The notes below the pieces were generated by a model that was not told the DNA's origin, searched no databases, and saw nothing but the letters and a program-made list of their open reading frames with translations. Source: Mobula birostris (taxonomy: Eukaryota). From it: a stretch of DNA of 64,000 bases. The DNA is taken from the NCBI RefSeq assembly GCF_030028105.1, contig NC_092390.1:10354001-10418000 (forward strand). The letters are read 5' to 3'. Of the stretch, positions 1 through 13,015 are shown piece after piece (position 1 is the first letter of the stretch; the number at the start of each line of letters is the position of its first letter). A program made the translations under genes and the position numbers.

Positions 1-646
1 TCACCCTAAAAGTACATGAACACAGGATATGTATCCATTAATGGAGCTTGTTTGAATATATTCCTAAACACGCTGTTACAGAACCACTGAAATACAGGTG
101 TGACAGTGGGACCAGCGAACACATTTCAGAGTTTTTAATTACTATTTCAAAGAGGCGGGATATAATTAGTATAAATCTCTAAGAGTTTTGGAAATACACT
201 CGGGATTTCCACTGGAACCCAGTCTCCACTTTTCCGATTAACAACTATTTAAAATGACACAACTCTTTAAGTAAAAGTATATTTTTTTAAAGTAAGACAT
301 CACCTAATTAGTTAAATCTTGCAAGAGTACTATCAATACTCAAGTACGCTCGAAAATATAATTAATATGTTTCTAAACTCCTCGTTCATTATTCAAGGTG
401 TTACATTACAAGCTTAATGTTAACATTATATTTCCGATGGCTTTTTGAAGACCATTAAACCGATAATGGTTAAGTTCGCTTGAGCATCACCACATTTGCA
501 AAATAAACTTTTGGGGGCACGTTTTTAATGCACTTCCATCTCAGTACAGGAGCATTAAACGAGTAAACCAGAGGGTTGTCACATTGTTTCACGTTTCAAT
601 CAAACGCTTTACAAAGGGGGGGGGGGGATCGTTTTCAATTACTTAC
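1..646 (-). other. NKX2-3: NKX2-3 intron 1 (partial)
   Basis: Begins at the GTAAGT donor; AT-rich; no homeobox exon before the window edge. Confidence 0.85.
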
Positions 647-971
647 TCTTGTCCCGGTCCCGCACAGTCACGTCTCCTAGTTTGTTTTCGCACGGACTCC
701 TGAGTGCTCCGTGAACATAAAGCTCGGGAGAAAGGCTCACGTCCCCCTGACTGTCTTGCACGGACAGAGAGTTCAGAAAGGAGATTTTCTCCTCGTCATC
801 CGAGAAGGTGGAAATTTCTCCCGCGGCGTGCATGCAAGAAGACGGCGACTGGAAATGAGACGTTAAATCCTGCCGCAAATGATGCGTTACTTGCTGGTGC
901 GAGTGCTGCTCCAGATTTAGGATGTCTTTCACCGAGAATGGCGTCGACGTGACCGGACTTGGAAGCATCAT
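647..971 (-). CDS. NKX2-3: NK2 homeobox protein NKX2-3, coding exon 1 (TN/tinman domain); the homeodomain exon lies outside the window
   Basis: Translation MMLPSPVTSTPFSVKDILNLEQ...EKISFLNSL...YVHGALRSPC...VRDR matches the vertebrate NKX2-3 N-terminus as recalled (NKX2-5 starts MFPSPALTP). Canonical donor A|GTAAGT at 646-641 on the minus strand gives 108 codons + 1 nt (phase 1); the stop in the ORF track is intronic. Confidence 0.92.
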
Positions 972-1169
972 GCGACGAACTTAGTACTAAATTCGCCAGT
1001 TTAATCACCACTCTTCTTTGAAAAATCCAGCACGCTGTTTTCTCTTTCCTAAATTGCAATCGAAAACAAAAGATCTCAAACTCCCCGTAATTGCAAATCT
1101 TTCCCCCTGTGCCTTGTACAATTTTACACGCAGCCACTGTGGAGGAGGTAGGGATTTTTTTTGCCGCAG

Positions 1170-1400
1170 TTAATGGATTGCACACTGTGCAGATTCGCCG
1201 AGTCCAGTTTTGTTACTGCTCGGCCACCCCGGGAAGCGGGTGACGTCACAATGGAGAGGTGGGCGGGGCCAGAGCCCGGGGACGTCGTTTGTTCCCGATT
1301 GGGAGCGCAGGGAAGCCGGAAAGCGCGCGCCCAGTGGTTATCCGGTCGCCGATTGGCCGGCCGGACCGTTCACGTCTGCCCCCGACGCGATCCCACCCCG
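1170..1400 (-). promoter_or_regulatory. NKX2-3 proximal promoter / CpG island
   Basis: GC- and CpG-rich block 200-430 bp upstream of the ATG: full CRE TGACGTCA 1241-1248, GC box GGGCGGGG 1261-1268, CCAAT boxes (ATTGG) 1298-1302 and 1352-1356, ETS-like GGAAG cores. Confidence 0.75.
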
Positions 1401-3559
1401 CCCCCAGCCAAAAGAAGGTCACGCGCTTAGCGCAGCTCGGCAGCCAGAAAAGGACGGGGCTGCCTCAGCTTGAAGCAATGCAAAACGTGATTGAGAATAG
1501 TAACTGTTCATTATTGCCTTGATATTGTGTAGATATTTACTTTAAAGCACAACACAAAACGAAATACACTTTAATTGATTACGTTTAACTCTTATAATTG
1601 AAATACAAATTACCTGGAAATTTTACATACTATATTTTTTAAAAGCTCTAAACTTTCCATATTTGCAATGAACACATAAGTAGTATTAATTACTTATGAA
1701 ACATAGTTACTGGAAGCGATTAACTAAGCAAAGCACAAAAATCACTGCTAATGGTGATAATTTTACTCAGTGATGAACATTATCTACGTTATTAATTGCA
1801 GTGTCCCGGTAAGTTAGTGTATCTTTTGGGCAGATCAACCAAGCCGGGTTGTGAAGCCTCGGCCGCTGAGTATACTTAAGACAAGCGATCGATATGTAGT
1901 TTAGATGCTACGGAGAGCCAGGGAGACGAGGCAGAAAAGAGGCGCTGAGTTAGATCAGTCAAGATCTTACTGAATGTCAGGGAGGCCGCAAGTGGCCGAA
2001 TTACCGAATCTTGATGCAATTTTTAAAATATGGTTACTATTTTCACATCTAGAACATTACAAAGAATTATCCACGTGCATATATTAATGTATAATATCCA
2101 ATGGTAAAAGTAATTAGGAATAGATAAATTACTACAACTTATCTTGAATAATTAGCTCTCTGTAGCTGCCAGTATACATCACAGTACATAAAGGGCATTA
2201 CCCTTTTCTGCATATTTCAAACACACCGATCACGTACCGAACATGGGCCAATAGTGTCACGTTCTTCGTTTCTTTTTGTGTTTTTTTTTCAGAACCAATA
2301 ATGTGTGCACCCTACCTCTGCCCCTGTTGTTTTTGGCCTCTGGATATCTTGCGGGTTAAACAGTGGAACCGCGCTGAGGGCAGCGGGAAAGCGAGACAAT
2401 GAACGATCCGCGTGGGGCGGGGGATCAACTTCGGGAAACGGGGAGCAATCTTGTAGAAATTTCAAACTAAAAAAAACCACGACATGCCCGCGTGCTGTGG
2501 TAGATAAAAACTGCTTGGAGACCTTCGAAAAATTAGTCGACTTCAACATTTAATTTTCCTCTTATCTGCTTTTCCTCAGCGCGGATACAGAATCTCGCTC
2601 ACTGCTTAAAAGAATTCTGAGTAATGGGAAGATAATTTTTAAACAGCCAGCAAAATTTATAGGATTTTTTTTTAAAAAGCTTATATTATAACGGCCTCAA
2701 AATAACATTAGCTGAGGATGGAAATGATGTTGAACTTCGAGAACGTTGGAGCAACGGATCGTCTTATCCCGGTAACATTCTTTCTCACCAGGATCTTGAG
2801 GGACGATTTAACTGCGAACCGTCGCCCATACTGAGAAAGGCGTTTTTATCGGGATTGGTATATATTTATATATATTGATCAGATGCCATTGTTTCAATGG
2901 AAATGCTGTTATCTGTAATGTTTCCAGAATTCAATAAACATTTTCGTTGTTCAAATACGACAAAGGAAGTGTCATATAATTTGCCACAGTGTAAATTACT
3001 CTGTCCACTTCAATCATAACATCCACCATCCTTGCTCGCATTGAATTGTTTACATTTCTGTAATCTGCTGTTTTTAAAAACTTGAGATTAGTGTTATCTA
3101 ATCAACAATTGCTCTCATCCGTCTCTTTCTTTAAAGCAACACGTTGGCGTGATTGTAAGAAACATTAACTGCGAATAGCCAAATTTTGACTGTGCCTCGA
3201 CGGTAGCTCTCCTTGCGGGAGTATTCTCCCAAAATCGGATAATTTAACAAATAGGTGCATTTCGTCCCGTTTTCATTGTAAAGATATTGCTTGTTTATTA
3301 CATTTAAATGAAAACAGCGGAAGGTTATATATTACACGCTAGTACGTGGAAGGCTTCGTATTCGTGGAAACTTCTGAAATTTTTCTAGCATTAATAAAGT
3401 TGCGAAATAAACCTGCAGACATCTCTATCTCAAACGTATGAAGCAATCAGATGAAGATTACCACTATGATGGATTCACAATTCGAAAAGCATATTTCACG
3501 ACCACTTCTGTTTCCTTTCCGAAATAATATTTAAATAATATTTAAGTGCCGATTAATTC

Positions 3560-3982
3560 GTTCTCTGTTTTGTTTGTTTATTTATTACGTTTTGTGTTTG
3601 CACAACTTGTCAGTCTTTGTGTGTAGTTTTTCATTGATTCTGTTCTACTTCTTTGTTCAACTGTGAATACCTGGAAGAAAATGAATCCCAGGGTAGTATT
3701 TGGAGACTTATACGTACTTTCATAATAAATTTACTTTGAACTTTAATTACTCTGGTATCTGCATTAACTTTATTACACTCATTTCCCCACACTCAACGAT
3801 TCAGGAACAGCTCCCGCCCCCATCAAGTTTCCATTAACCATTGAACTTTCCGTCACGTTCTCCTCCTTTTTTTGAACTATTTATTAATTTTTGTAACTTA
3901 GTCATCCTCCGTCTGCACTGTACTGTTGCCCTAACAAATTTCACGTTAGGCAAGTCAGTGATAACGACTCCGATTCTGACTC
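3560..3982 (+). mobile_element. Two old LINE (Rex1/Babar-like) 3' UTR remnants
   Basis: Tails aataaatttactttgaacttt and gataac...gattctgactct resemble other Rex-type 3' ends in the window. Confidence 0.5.
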
Positions 3983-4995
3983 TGTGGTCGATCGGATCAG
4001 TGCATTTGTCGACTCGAAAACTCTCCAGTGTCGGCTCTGTGGAACTGAACACAGAAGCGTAACTAAGTACGTTGCTGTTAATTAGTGGTAATTTAATTTA
4101 ACATTATTCTATTAATTAGTTCAATTATTTGCAACCCGTTCCTCGCAGGGTCAACTAAAGCAGCAAGAGACTATTCATTAATTCAAGCCTTCAGCTAAAG
4201 CAAGAACTACCATGACACTACTCAGAGCTGTCAGCGAACGCATTAATTCATTAATGCTTTTAAGGATTGGTAAAGAGCCGGTTTCAAACAATTAGAGAGG
4301 CTTCTACGTAGAGACAATGAAATTGGATCCGATTGGAAATTGTACCGCAATAAATAAAGAGACATTGAAATGATAGGCATAAGAAGTTTAAATCATACAT
4401 CATCACAGGTAAACACTAATAATATTGTTTACTGTACTATCTGATCATTTATTCCGGTTTGAGTTTTTGGCCAAATATCTCTACTTAATTTTTAATCATT
4501 TTAATTTAAAATTTCTCCGAATTTACGGAAGCGTCGTTCATGTTTTAATCGTTTGCTTATTTCTCCGTAAGCACGTGTGATTCGCCTATAGATAGATCTG
4601 CTGAGAGCAGAAGTCACTTCAGAAGCCTGCATTATGCCAAACCGCAAACTGTGCCGATAACACGCGTAATGTAACTCCTCTCTCCTACCACCTTCATTTC
4701 TCAGAAATGGAAGCTCCAACTCAAACTTTGGATAAGCTCCCAGAGAAGCAGGCATGGACTTGTGCGGCGTTCTATTTGTATGATTTAAATATAAGAGGAC
4801 ACTTTATAACGGCGCTTACATAATGTTGCCGTGTCGGTATACCCAAGGATAGCACCACCGATGTTCGCCGACATCTGATCGTTCATCCGGATGTACGTTT
4901 TAACGCGAGGAACGTTCGCCACAGGAGAGGGCACAATGTTCTTTAAAACATACCTACGAGGCAGTACAACAGAGCAGAGGCACGGTTTGAAGTCA

Positions 4996-5114
4996 TAAAC
5001 ATTAGGAGACTGCAGATGCTGGAAATCGAGCCCTAATGCAGGTTTTCGGCTGTTTATTCATTTCCATGGACGCTCTCTGGCCTGCCGAGTTCCTCCAGCA
5101 TTTTGTGTGTGTGA
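4996..5114. mobile_element. Penelope-terminus mini-element (degenerate)
   Basis: ctgcagatgctggaaatc...gagttcctccagcattttgtgtgtg; flanked by acggtttgaagtcat / acggtttaaaatgat. Confidence 0.7.
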
Positions 5115-5302
5115 ACGGTTTAAAATGATTTATTTTTCACTTGCTCGGAAATTAAATTGTAGGAATAAACGACCATAAACCACTTTCATCCACTTGGCTC
5201 CTCGTATATTGATGAGCTACGATTTACTTTTGACTAAGTTACAAGGAAGTTGACGGATGTACAGGTCTTGTTTTATCCATTAATCCTTTCAGAACAAATT
5301 AG

Positions 5303-5580
5303 AAACATAGAAAACCTACAGCACAATATAGGCCCTTCGGCCCACAATGCTGTTCCGAACATGTCCTTACTTTAGAAATTACCTAGGGTTACCCAAAATA
5401 CTCTATTTTTCAAAGCTTCATGTACCTACCCAAGAGTCTCTTAAAAGACCCTATCGTATCCGCCTCCACCACCGTCACCGGCAGCCCATTCCACGCACTC
5501 AGCACTCTCTACGTAAAAAACTTACCCCTGACATCTCCTGTGTACCTTCTTCCAAGCACCTTAAAACTGTGCCCTCTCTA
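5303..5580 (-). mobile_element. CR1 LINE 3' end (young subfamily)
   Basis: Reverse complement closely matches 46150-46415 and 33460-33610; ctatgtttct tail. Confidence 0.9.
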
Positions 5581-5821
5581 TACATTCTATGCATACTCTT
5601 TACCTATATAATCTCCGTTTAGGTTAGCGTGTAATAAAATAATCGATGTGATAAGAACTAGTTTAACAACTGTAAAAATATATGAAAGTTGAGAGTTACT
5701 TTCGCAATTCAGTACGTCTCATTTATCGATGCCCGTGAATAACACAACTCTTCTGTACATTAGGACGTTTCTGTGCTCCGATGAAACAATTTCGTTTCAA
5801 GTTGTTTCCAACGTTTCAAAC

Positions 5822-5971
5822 AAAAAGAGATTCTGCAGATGCTGTTAGTCCACAGCAACACACATAAAATGCTGGAGGAACTCAGCAGGTCAATAGTAAG
5901 TGTCTACTGTTTATAGCGCAACATGGATGCTGCCTGACTTCTCGAGTTCCTCCAGCATTTCGCGTGTGTTA
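5822..5971. mobile_element. Fold-back Penelope-terminus mini-element
   Basis: Inverted arms aaatgctggaggaactc / gagttcctccagcattt. Confidence 0.8.
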
Positions 5972-7468
5972 TTTCAGTGTTTTAATTCTCCAGGGCCACA
6001 ACAGGTAGCTTCATTAACTTATAGAGTGCAATTTTTTCCCGTCCTTTTGTCGTGACTAGGCGCAATAAGTGAAGCAAGCTGCAATCTTTACAAGACTAGC
6101 ATTTTTACAAGCATCTCATTAACCGCGCAATTACCTCTATTTTCCGAGCTTCCATTTAAAAAAAGGTAGTGCCGCCGTACTTCGGACCGCGATCACCGGC
6201 CGCACGGCGTTGCGCAGTTTTCAAAACCTGTCAGAGGGAGAAAATTTACTCGTTCATACACCCGCCTCTGTCTAAATACCATTTCTATTTCTGGTGATAT
6301 CTGGACTTTAACAGTCAAAGATTTTAGCTGATTGACCTAATGTGTCGACTCTAAATTATGAATCTCCCCGCATATCCAGATTTCCCAATTTCCCAAGTTT
6401 CCAATATTTAACAATTAATAACTACATTCTTGCTATCCTGTTCATACATACAATTAAATCTACTCTCTGCATTTTTTAACGTTTCCAGTGCGGATTCTCA
6501 ATTCACTTTAGTTGCGGGCAGAAACTACTGCACGAAACAGCCATGAATTCAAACATGTTACATTCCACCCCTTTTTATCTATTTCCCAGGCGCCCTTTGA
6601 AATTGACATTTAATAGGGCCATCACCGTGATGGTTGTCAAGTTATAAACTGTTAAAGCCATTGGAAGTTACTTTATTAATCTAACAATAATTTATAGGTT
6701 GATTCTGCCAACCTAGTTTACTATCCGCGACACGTTAAGTAAATCTTTCCTAATATAAATAGTAGCGCTGCTTTAGATTTCTCCAATCAGTTTCACAACC
6801 CGGGGGAAGTAGTTTAATATCGCACAATCTCTATTGCCCGTGCTTGTCTTTTAAAGCCGATAATCTCTGGTTTATTAATACCGTATGACGTGAAAGGCAC
6901 CCATCTATTTCAATTAAAATTCCTTCGGCTACAGAGTGTTGGCGGTGTCGGCCGATAGGATCTGACACTATCAAGACTGGCTTTCCGTTCTGGAGAACTG
7001 CAGAATGGTCGTAGCTTGGCAGGACCCTCTCTCTGCACGCTGGGGAGAGGTTTTACCAGAGAGTGAGAACGAGAGTTGTTAAGCGACCTTAAAACCTCTC
7101 TTTAAAAAAATGATAGAGCGACTGCAGATAACACAATCGTGAGTTTCGGCAGCCTGCTAAATATACACCGCTTTGAATAGAAAGTTAGTGGTTAAAAAAA
7201 TCTACAAGGGAACCAGAAACTCCGTGTGTTTACCACATCCATTATAATAACGTTTTCGGAGGCCTGCTGTATATCTGTTAAAGCGCCAGTAGTTTATCCA
7301 AACTGCTGAGCTCCCCACAGACTTAATAAGTACCCGCTCACCGTTACAGACTTGCTACTGTGAGGCACACCGGCCACGCAAGAACGAGGTGGCTGGAGGG
7401 TTTGGTTTGCAGCCTTAGCTTTTCAGGCCAGAGATCAGAGATCAGTCACCAAGAAATCCCCGAACATT

Positions 7469-7491
7469 CACACACACACACACACACACAC
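7469..7491. repeat. (CA)n microsatellite
   Basis: Directly visible. Confidence 0.95.
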
Positions 7492-10400
7492 CTTTATACA
7501 CGCAAGAATGTGACATTAAAACCTCATCGAGAAACAATCGCGACATTCAGAGCACCATCGCAAACGGCACACAGTCGCCTACGTTTACACAGTACATTTA
7601 CCATACAGTGTGTCATACCCACGCAGGCGCGCGCGCACACACGGGCACAGACGGACACGCGCGCGCGTTCACACAATCACACGCGCGCGCGCACGATAGA
7701 AACTCCATCCTTAGATTAGGACCAAACCCGCTACCAAAGTTTTAGCATGGTGCTAAGTAATTACATTAAATGTATACTGTGGTTTACAATATATTAACAT
7801 TGACAAGAGGGCGAGGTCAAACCTTAATCAGGAACAGAAGCGTTTCTTTTCTGATGTAAAATCTCTTATGTGCTAGAAGAGGAAGGTTACTTATATCAGC
7901 GCAACACTTCAAATACCAGGCATGTTAAATGGATTGCTCTGTAAGCCCGAAGGAGACTGGCAATCCTTTATCCCTTAAACTCGCCATTCCAAACAAGACG
8001 AGAAAAGATGTTTAAATTCAGGTTGTTTATTCTCCGGATACATGAGCATCCGGGGCCTTTGAAAGATTATTTCCCTCCCTTCCAACAGTATAAACAAGAA
8101 TTCACATTGCCTAGCTATGACCAGATAGCAATAAATCACAGGGTAGCTTTTTTTTGCTGGGAAAATAGCTGTTGGCGAGACTTTACGGCGATTTTATTTT
8201 TGCTGTTGTTGTTGCCTTGCGATTGGGAACTTTTCATTTTCCTCGCCTCATTATTTCCACTATTTCCAAATTCTTGAATATCGAATCAGTTACAGCTGAA
8301 GACGTTTAAGCTCGCGTTGCTCCCTGTAAAGCTTCAAATCTGTAAATATTATGCTGGTAAACGGACCTGCGACTCAAAATATACTTCCTGATCTGTGTGA
8401 AGTATTTTACTGCATGTGTACGCGTAACCATGTTGTTATCTGCATTTATAAGTGGGTTGGTAAATATATATTCCGTCTGTGTGCGTGGGCACCAGTAAGT
8501 AAATTCATATGTGTGAGTTCACAATTTTGTGCTTATGTTGATAAGTAGATCAACAAGGTAGCTGTTTGCGAGTCTCTCTTTGCAGTACGTGTACGTATGG
8601 ATATTTATCTGCATAAATGTGGGGTCGCGGGTGCAGAAAGCAAATCATGGGTGTTCGCTTCATAGTATAAACAGTAGTTAGTTGTATCGTGGATTGACTT
8701 CACGAGAAGAATCGCCACCTTCTTACAAACACTTCGGCAGAGTGGAACCTGATGGTAAAAACGCGAAATCTTTCACAAGTTTCCCTTGTAATGGTTAATT
8801 TGTAACAGGTTTATTGTTGTCATGTGCACTGAATCTTACAGTAAATTAAATAAGCAGGGATAATCTCAAAAAAATTAATTATAGTGTCAGAACTATTAAT
8901 GCACGCGTTCAATTAATCTACCTCATGGAAAATCTATAAAGTACCAAATAAATTATCAGGTTAGCAGAGATGATTTAAGATGCTTTAAACCGTTAACATC
9001 CTGTACCTCACCTTTCAAATACATTGTAAGCATTTCTCCTTTCCAGCACTTCATTCAATTTGATTAGCACACAATGTTCAGCAGCTAAGTAATAAACACA
9101 ATATCTGACCCACCTCCCCCCGCCCAAAAAAAAGCTGGATAATGCAAGTGATACCGTTAGTGGTGTTTCCGCCTGACTTCTCTTCCAACGTTGGGAGATT
9201 GTCGCAAGTCTTGTTTGAATAAAGGAGATTCCTCATATTATCGGAGATCCCTACGGCATTTGCATGTGTGCATGCTTTACCTGGCCCAGCAAGGTGAAAG
9301 AAAAAGAAGAGAGAAAAGCTACACCTGTCACACAACACGGCGCCACTGGCAAATGCTTGGGTGCTACTGAGACTCCAACAGAAGACAGCTTGATAATCCC
9401 CATCCGCTCGCCATCAACAATATCTTGTTTAGATTGAAGCCTCCACTCTCTTCACAGCGCTCCGAGCCCAGACTGTTAGTGCAGACAAACAGCTTTTGTC
9501 TTTAAATGGAGAAACGGAGACACAAGCTATTTTTTTCCATGATGTAATATCTCGCCGACAGACTACAATCCTAAACCACCCTAAACTAAACAAGTACAAG
9601 AAACAATAGGTAGAACTTCTCCCCCTCCCTCTCCCTGCACACAACCTCCCCAAAACGTTTCGCTTTGCAATGGGGTTGTGAGGAAGTGAACGGTGTACCA
9701 TTGTCACACACACGGGCAACACTCATTATTAATAAGACAATGTGAACCCACGGTAATTGCGTTATTTTTTCACCACCAATACAACGATAAGTCAAGTCAC
9801 ACCAGTAGAGTGGCAGCGATGCTGTTGATGTATATTAATGTAACAAAACAGTATTGCAAGATTTACTCTTATATTTTTTAAAATTATGAATAAGGTTTAT
9901 TTTGTTTAAAAATGTGGCGGTGAGACATTAGCGGCTACGGGCGTTTCGTGTTTTTAGTTTCTCCCTATGAATTCTGATGAGCACTGCAATTTCGAATTTG
10001 AGGGAAGAGCACGCTTTAATTTAATGCCGTCTCTTTATTTGTAAATTGTATTTTTCCTGGCGTAGAACGGGGTTATTATTCCATATTTCCCAATATGGCA
10101 TCACATACGACAAACACTGGTTTAAAATAATACACATGCAAGCAGAATTAGGACTGCAGTATACGAGACGAGATGCATAACGTTGAAGGATTTAGAAGAT
10201 TCTACGGCTTGGAAATTACAAAAATAAAAGATTGTGTTGAACTTTCATGAACGCAGTAAATCACGTGGAAAGATGCGCTATCTGTTCATGGGAAGGTTGT
10301 TATGAATAGACTTGAGCCTATTAATCTTTTCTTTTATTCGCTTTGACCAGTGTAAACTTGTGAGAGGTGAAGTTACGAGCTTTGCGTGTATCCAATTTGA

Positions 10401-10647
10401 AGGCAAGATGTGCTACTACAAGGAACATCACAGCTATTGCTGGTGCAGCAGAAATATTAAAACGAGGCGCCTGAAACATGGACAACCATCACTCTTCCAG
10501 GCAAATGAGAATTTTAACAAAGTCACTACGACTGTCCTGATATCAAATGTTAACGAATTCGCCTTCGCCACCTTCCAGACTAACTCGGGACATTAATAAT
10601 CGCCTGAGGATTGACTGTTTTCATACGACTGCACGGGTTTTGTCTCA

Positions 10648-10740
10648 AACAAGAGAAAATCTGCGGGTTCTGGAAATCCAAGCAACACACAAAATGCTGG
10701 AGGAACTCAGCAGACTAGGCAGCATCTATGGAAACGTCGA
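10648..10740. mobile_element. Penelope-terminus mini-element
   Basis: aacaagagaaaatctgc...gctggaggaactcagcag...gaaacgtcga; flanked by acgggttttgtctca / acaggtttagtctta. Confidence 0.8.
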
Positions 10741-11329
10741 CAGGTTTAGTCTTATCAGCTCAGAGCTTCAAGAGAGGCCTTTTCAAAATAAAATTCTGAT
10801 CAGAATTTTGTTCTCATTTGCGATAAAGCCCAGAATCGCCACATGTACAAACTTTTAGATCAAGCGGAACACTTATATTGTGCTCACCAACATTACCGAT
10901 TCACAGTGATATTTCTTTTAAAAATATGAACTTCCTCAGGTTTATCACGCAGCCCGGAACCAGGCCTTCGGCCCATCGTGTCAGAGGCGACCATCTACAC
11001 CAATTCTACAGCAGCATCCCGCCCAGTTGCAAAGAATGTGTTATGCTCCATGGTAAATGTTTCCAAATCTATGTGCAATCTTAGATGTGGCGATTGTGGG
11101 GATCCTGGCGAATGAAAACAAACCTCTTTTTTTTTGTTGGGCATTTGTTTTTTTTCTCTCTTCCATTTTATTCTCACCGCCTCCCCCTCGGTTAATTTAA
11201 TGCAACTTAGCGATGTGGGGGTCCAGCTCTAAGTGAATAACATGGTGTATTGTTGAGTTGTGGACAGGCTTAACTAAACATATCATATGAATGAGCAGAC
11301 TTTGATAACTGCTTATAATGCTCTCCATT

Positions 11330-12018
11330 GCACACCTGTAGAAAACTGCGAGAGGCTTGCTATGTCACCAAAGACTCTTGCAAATTTCTACAGAATTACC
11401 GAGGAGAGAATTCTATGGCAGGGCCAGCGCACAGAATCAGAAAAAGCTGCAAACTCTGCCAGCTGCGTCCACCATTAAGGACCCCCATCACCCAGGACAT
11501 GCCCTCTTCTCATTGCTGGTATCAGGGAGGAGGTACAGGAGCTTGAAGACTCATACTCAACACTTTAGTAACAATTTCTTCCCCCCCCCCACCCCCGCCA
11601 TCAGATTTTTGAATGGACAATGGATCCATGTACACTACCACGCAAAGAGGAGAAAACCTGCAGATGCTGGGAATCCGAGCAACACACACAAAATGCTGGA
11701 GGAACTCAGCAGGCCAGGCAGCATCCACGGAAAACAGTACAGTGGACGTTTCGGGCCGAGACTCTTCATCAATCCAGTACACTTCACCAGAGATGCTGCC
11801 AGGACTGCTGAGTTCCTCCAGCATTTTGTGTGTGTTGCTTACACCACTTGGCTATATTTTCTGTTCTTTTTTATACACTAATTATTTAAATCATTTTAAA
11901 CATATATTTCTTATCGTAACTGATAGTTTAAAAAATTATTACGTAGTGCAATCTACTGCTACCTCGGAACAACAAGATTCACGATATATGCCAATGATAT
12001 TAAAATTGATTCTGATCC
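11330..12018 (+). mobile_element. Rex1/Babar-like LINE 3' fragment, interrupted by a fold-back mini-element
   Basis: Peptide IKDPHHPGHALFSLLVSGRRYRSLKTHTQHFSNNFFP is typical of the Rex1 ORF C-terminus; tail ttgattctgat. Confidence 0.8.
11645..11840. mobile_element. Fold-back Penelope-terminus mini-element with a hammerhead-like core on the minus strand (11739-11772)
   Basis: ~50 bp inverted arms agcaacacacacaaaatgctggaggaactcagcag; minus strand reads tTGATGAagagtctcggcccGAAACGTCcactgt. Confidence 0.85.
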
Positions 12019-12955
12019 CAATATTTACAGTATATTGTACGCTCGAAAGCATTTGAGATACATCGAAGTGAAAATTTATGGCCGATAAAATCGCTGATCT
12101 GAAATTCACCAAGTCGGTTTAACATGGCACACCGCACTGTTTGTATTTTGAGTAATTTAAAATAATATTTTAATTTAGTCGAGCCTGTCTTTTGTTCTGT
12201 TTTTTATTTCACCCGTAGACCCAGCCTTTATTGTATACACGCGCGTCTAAATATTTGGTTGCTCACTGTTTGAAGCTAGAGAGGATGATTAGAAATACCC
12301 CGGCCACCCGTGGAAATCTGATTTCTGAGGAGACGAAACATAAACTCGAAATCTTTTTTTAAAAAAGCTGGGGTTTTAATTTATCTGTCGAATGACCGGT
12401 GACAAATACACTCGCCGTGTTCTAGCCTTGACGTTTCGCGTTTCAACCCTGGTTTCTTTTAAATCTGAGTCCTGAGCCCTGAGTCCGGAGATTCTCACAA
12501 TATCCATTTACAGTGGTCTGATTCAGACCACCAATCGGCCTCGATAAATTAGTAACATCACAGAAAAACGAGTGATTGGAATAAAGCGAGTGTTAATTCC
12601 CATATAATTGAAAAAAAGTGTCCCATGTCAAGTAAATTGCAAACTCGGGGAAAACAGAACTCCCTGAAGGACAAAGTGGCCTTCCACAGAAATTGTAAGC
12701 TACTTATGAACACTTGGAAGTTAGCAATCAGGCATTAATGTTTATATTATTGAGGCGTGTTAGATTTAAGGTTAGAAGCGAAGAAATATTGCGTGGGTGG
12801 AAAATTGACTACCAGCGGGCTTTGGACCCCATGGAAGGCAACCGACCTCTGGTTGTAACCATATCAGAGTAAAGTTTAGGTTCGTTTCAATCTTTGATTT
12901 AAGTCTATGTTCTCCCTAGTAGTAAGAAGTAGTTAGTAAAATTAAGCACGCGTGT

Positions 12956-12964
12956 ATACACACC

Positions 12965-13010
<46 letters not shown>
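12956..13010. repeat. (CA)n microsatellite
   Basis: Directly visible. Confidence 0.95.

Positions 13011-13015
<5 letters not shown>

Noticed and set aside
639-646. ORF-track stop giving a 110 aa NKX2-3 without a homeodomain
   Set aside because: The stop lies just inside the intron after a canonical GTAAGT donor; this is not a truncated gene.
704-1522. Overlapping and antisense ORFs at exon 1 and the promoter
   Set aside because: By-products of GC-rich sequence and the antisense frame; no recognisable protein features.
7044-7100. 11 bp inverted repeat gagaggtttta / taaaacctctc as a miRNA or terminator hairpin
   Set aside because: Short stem with a long unpaired loop; compatible with chance.
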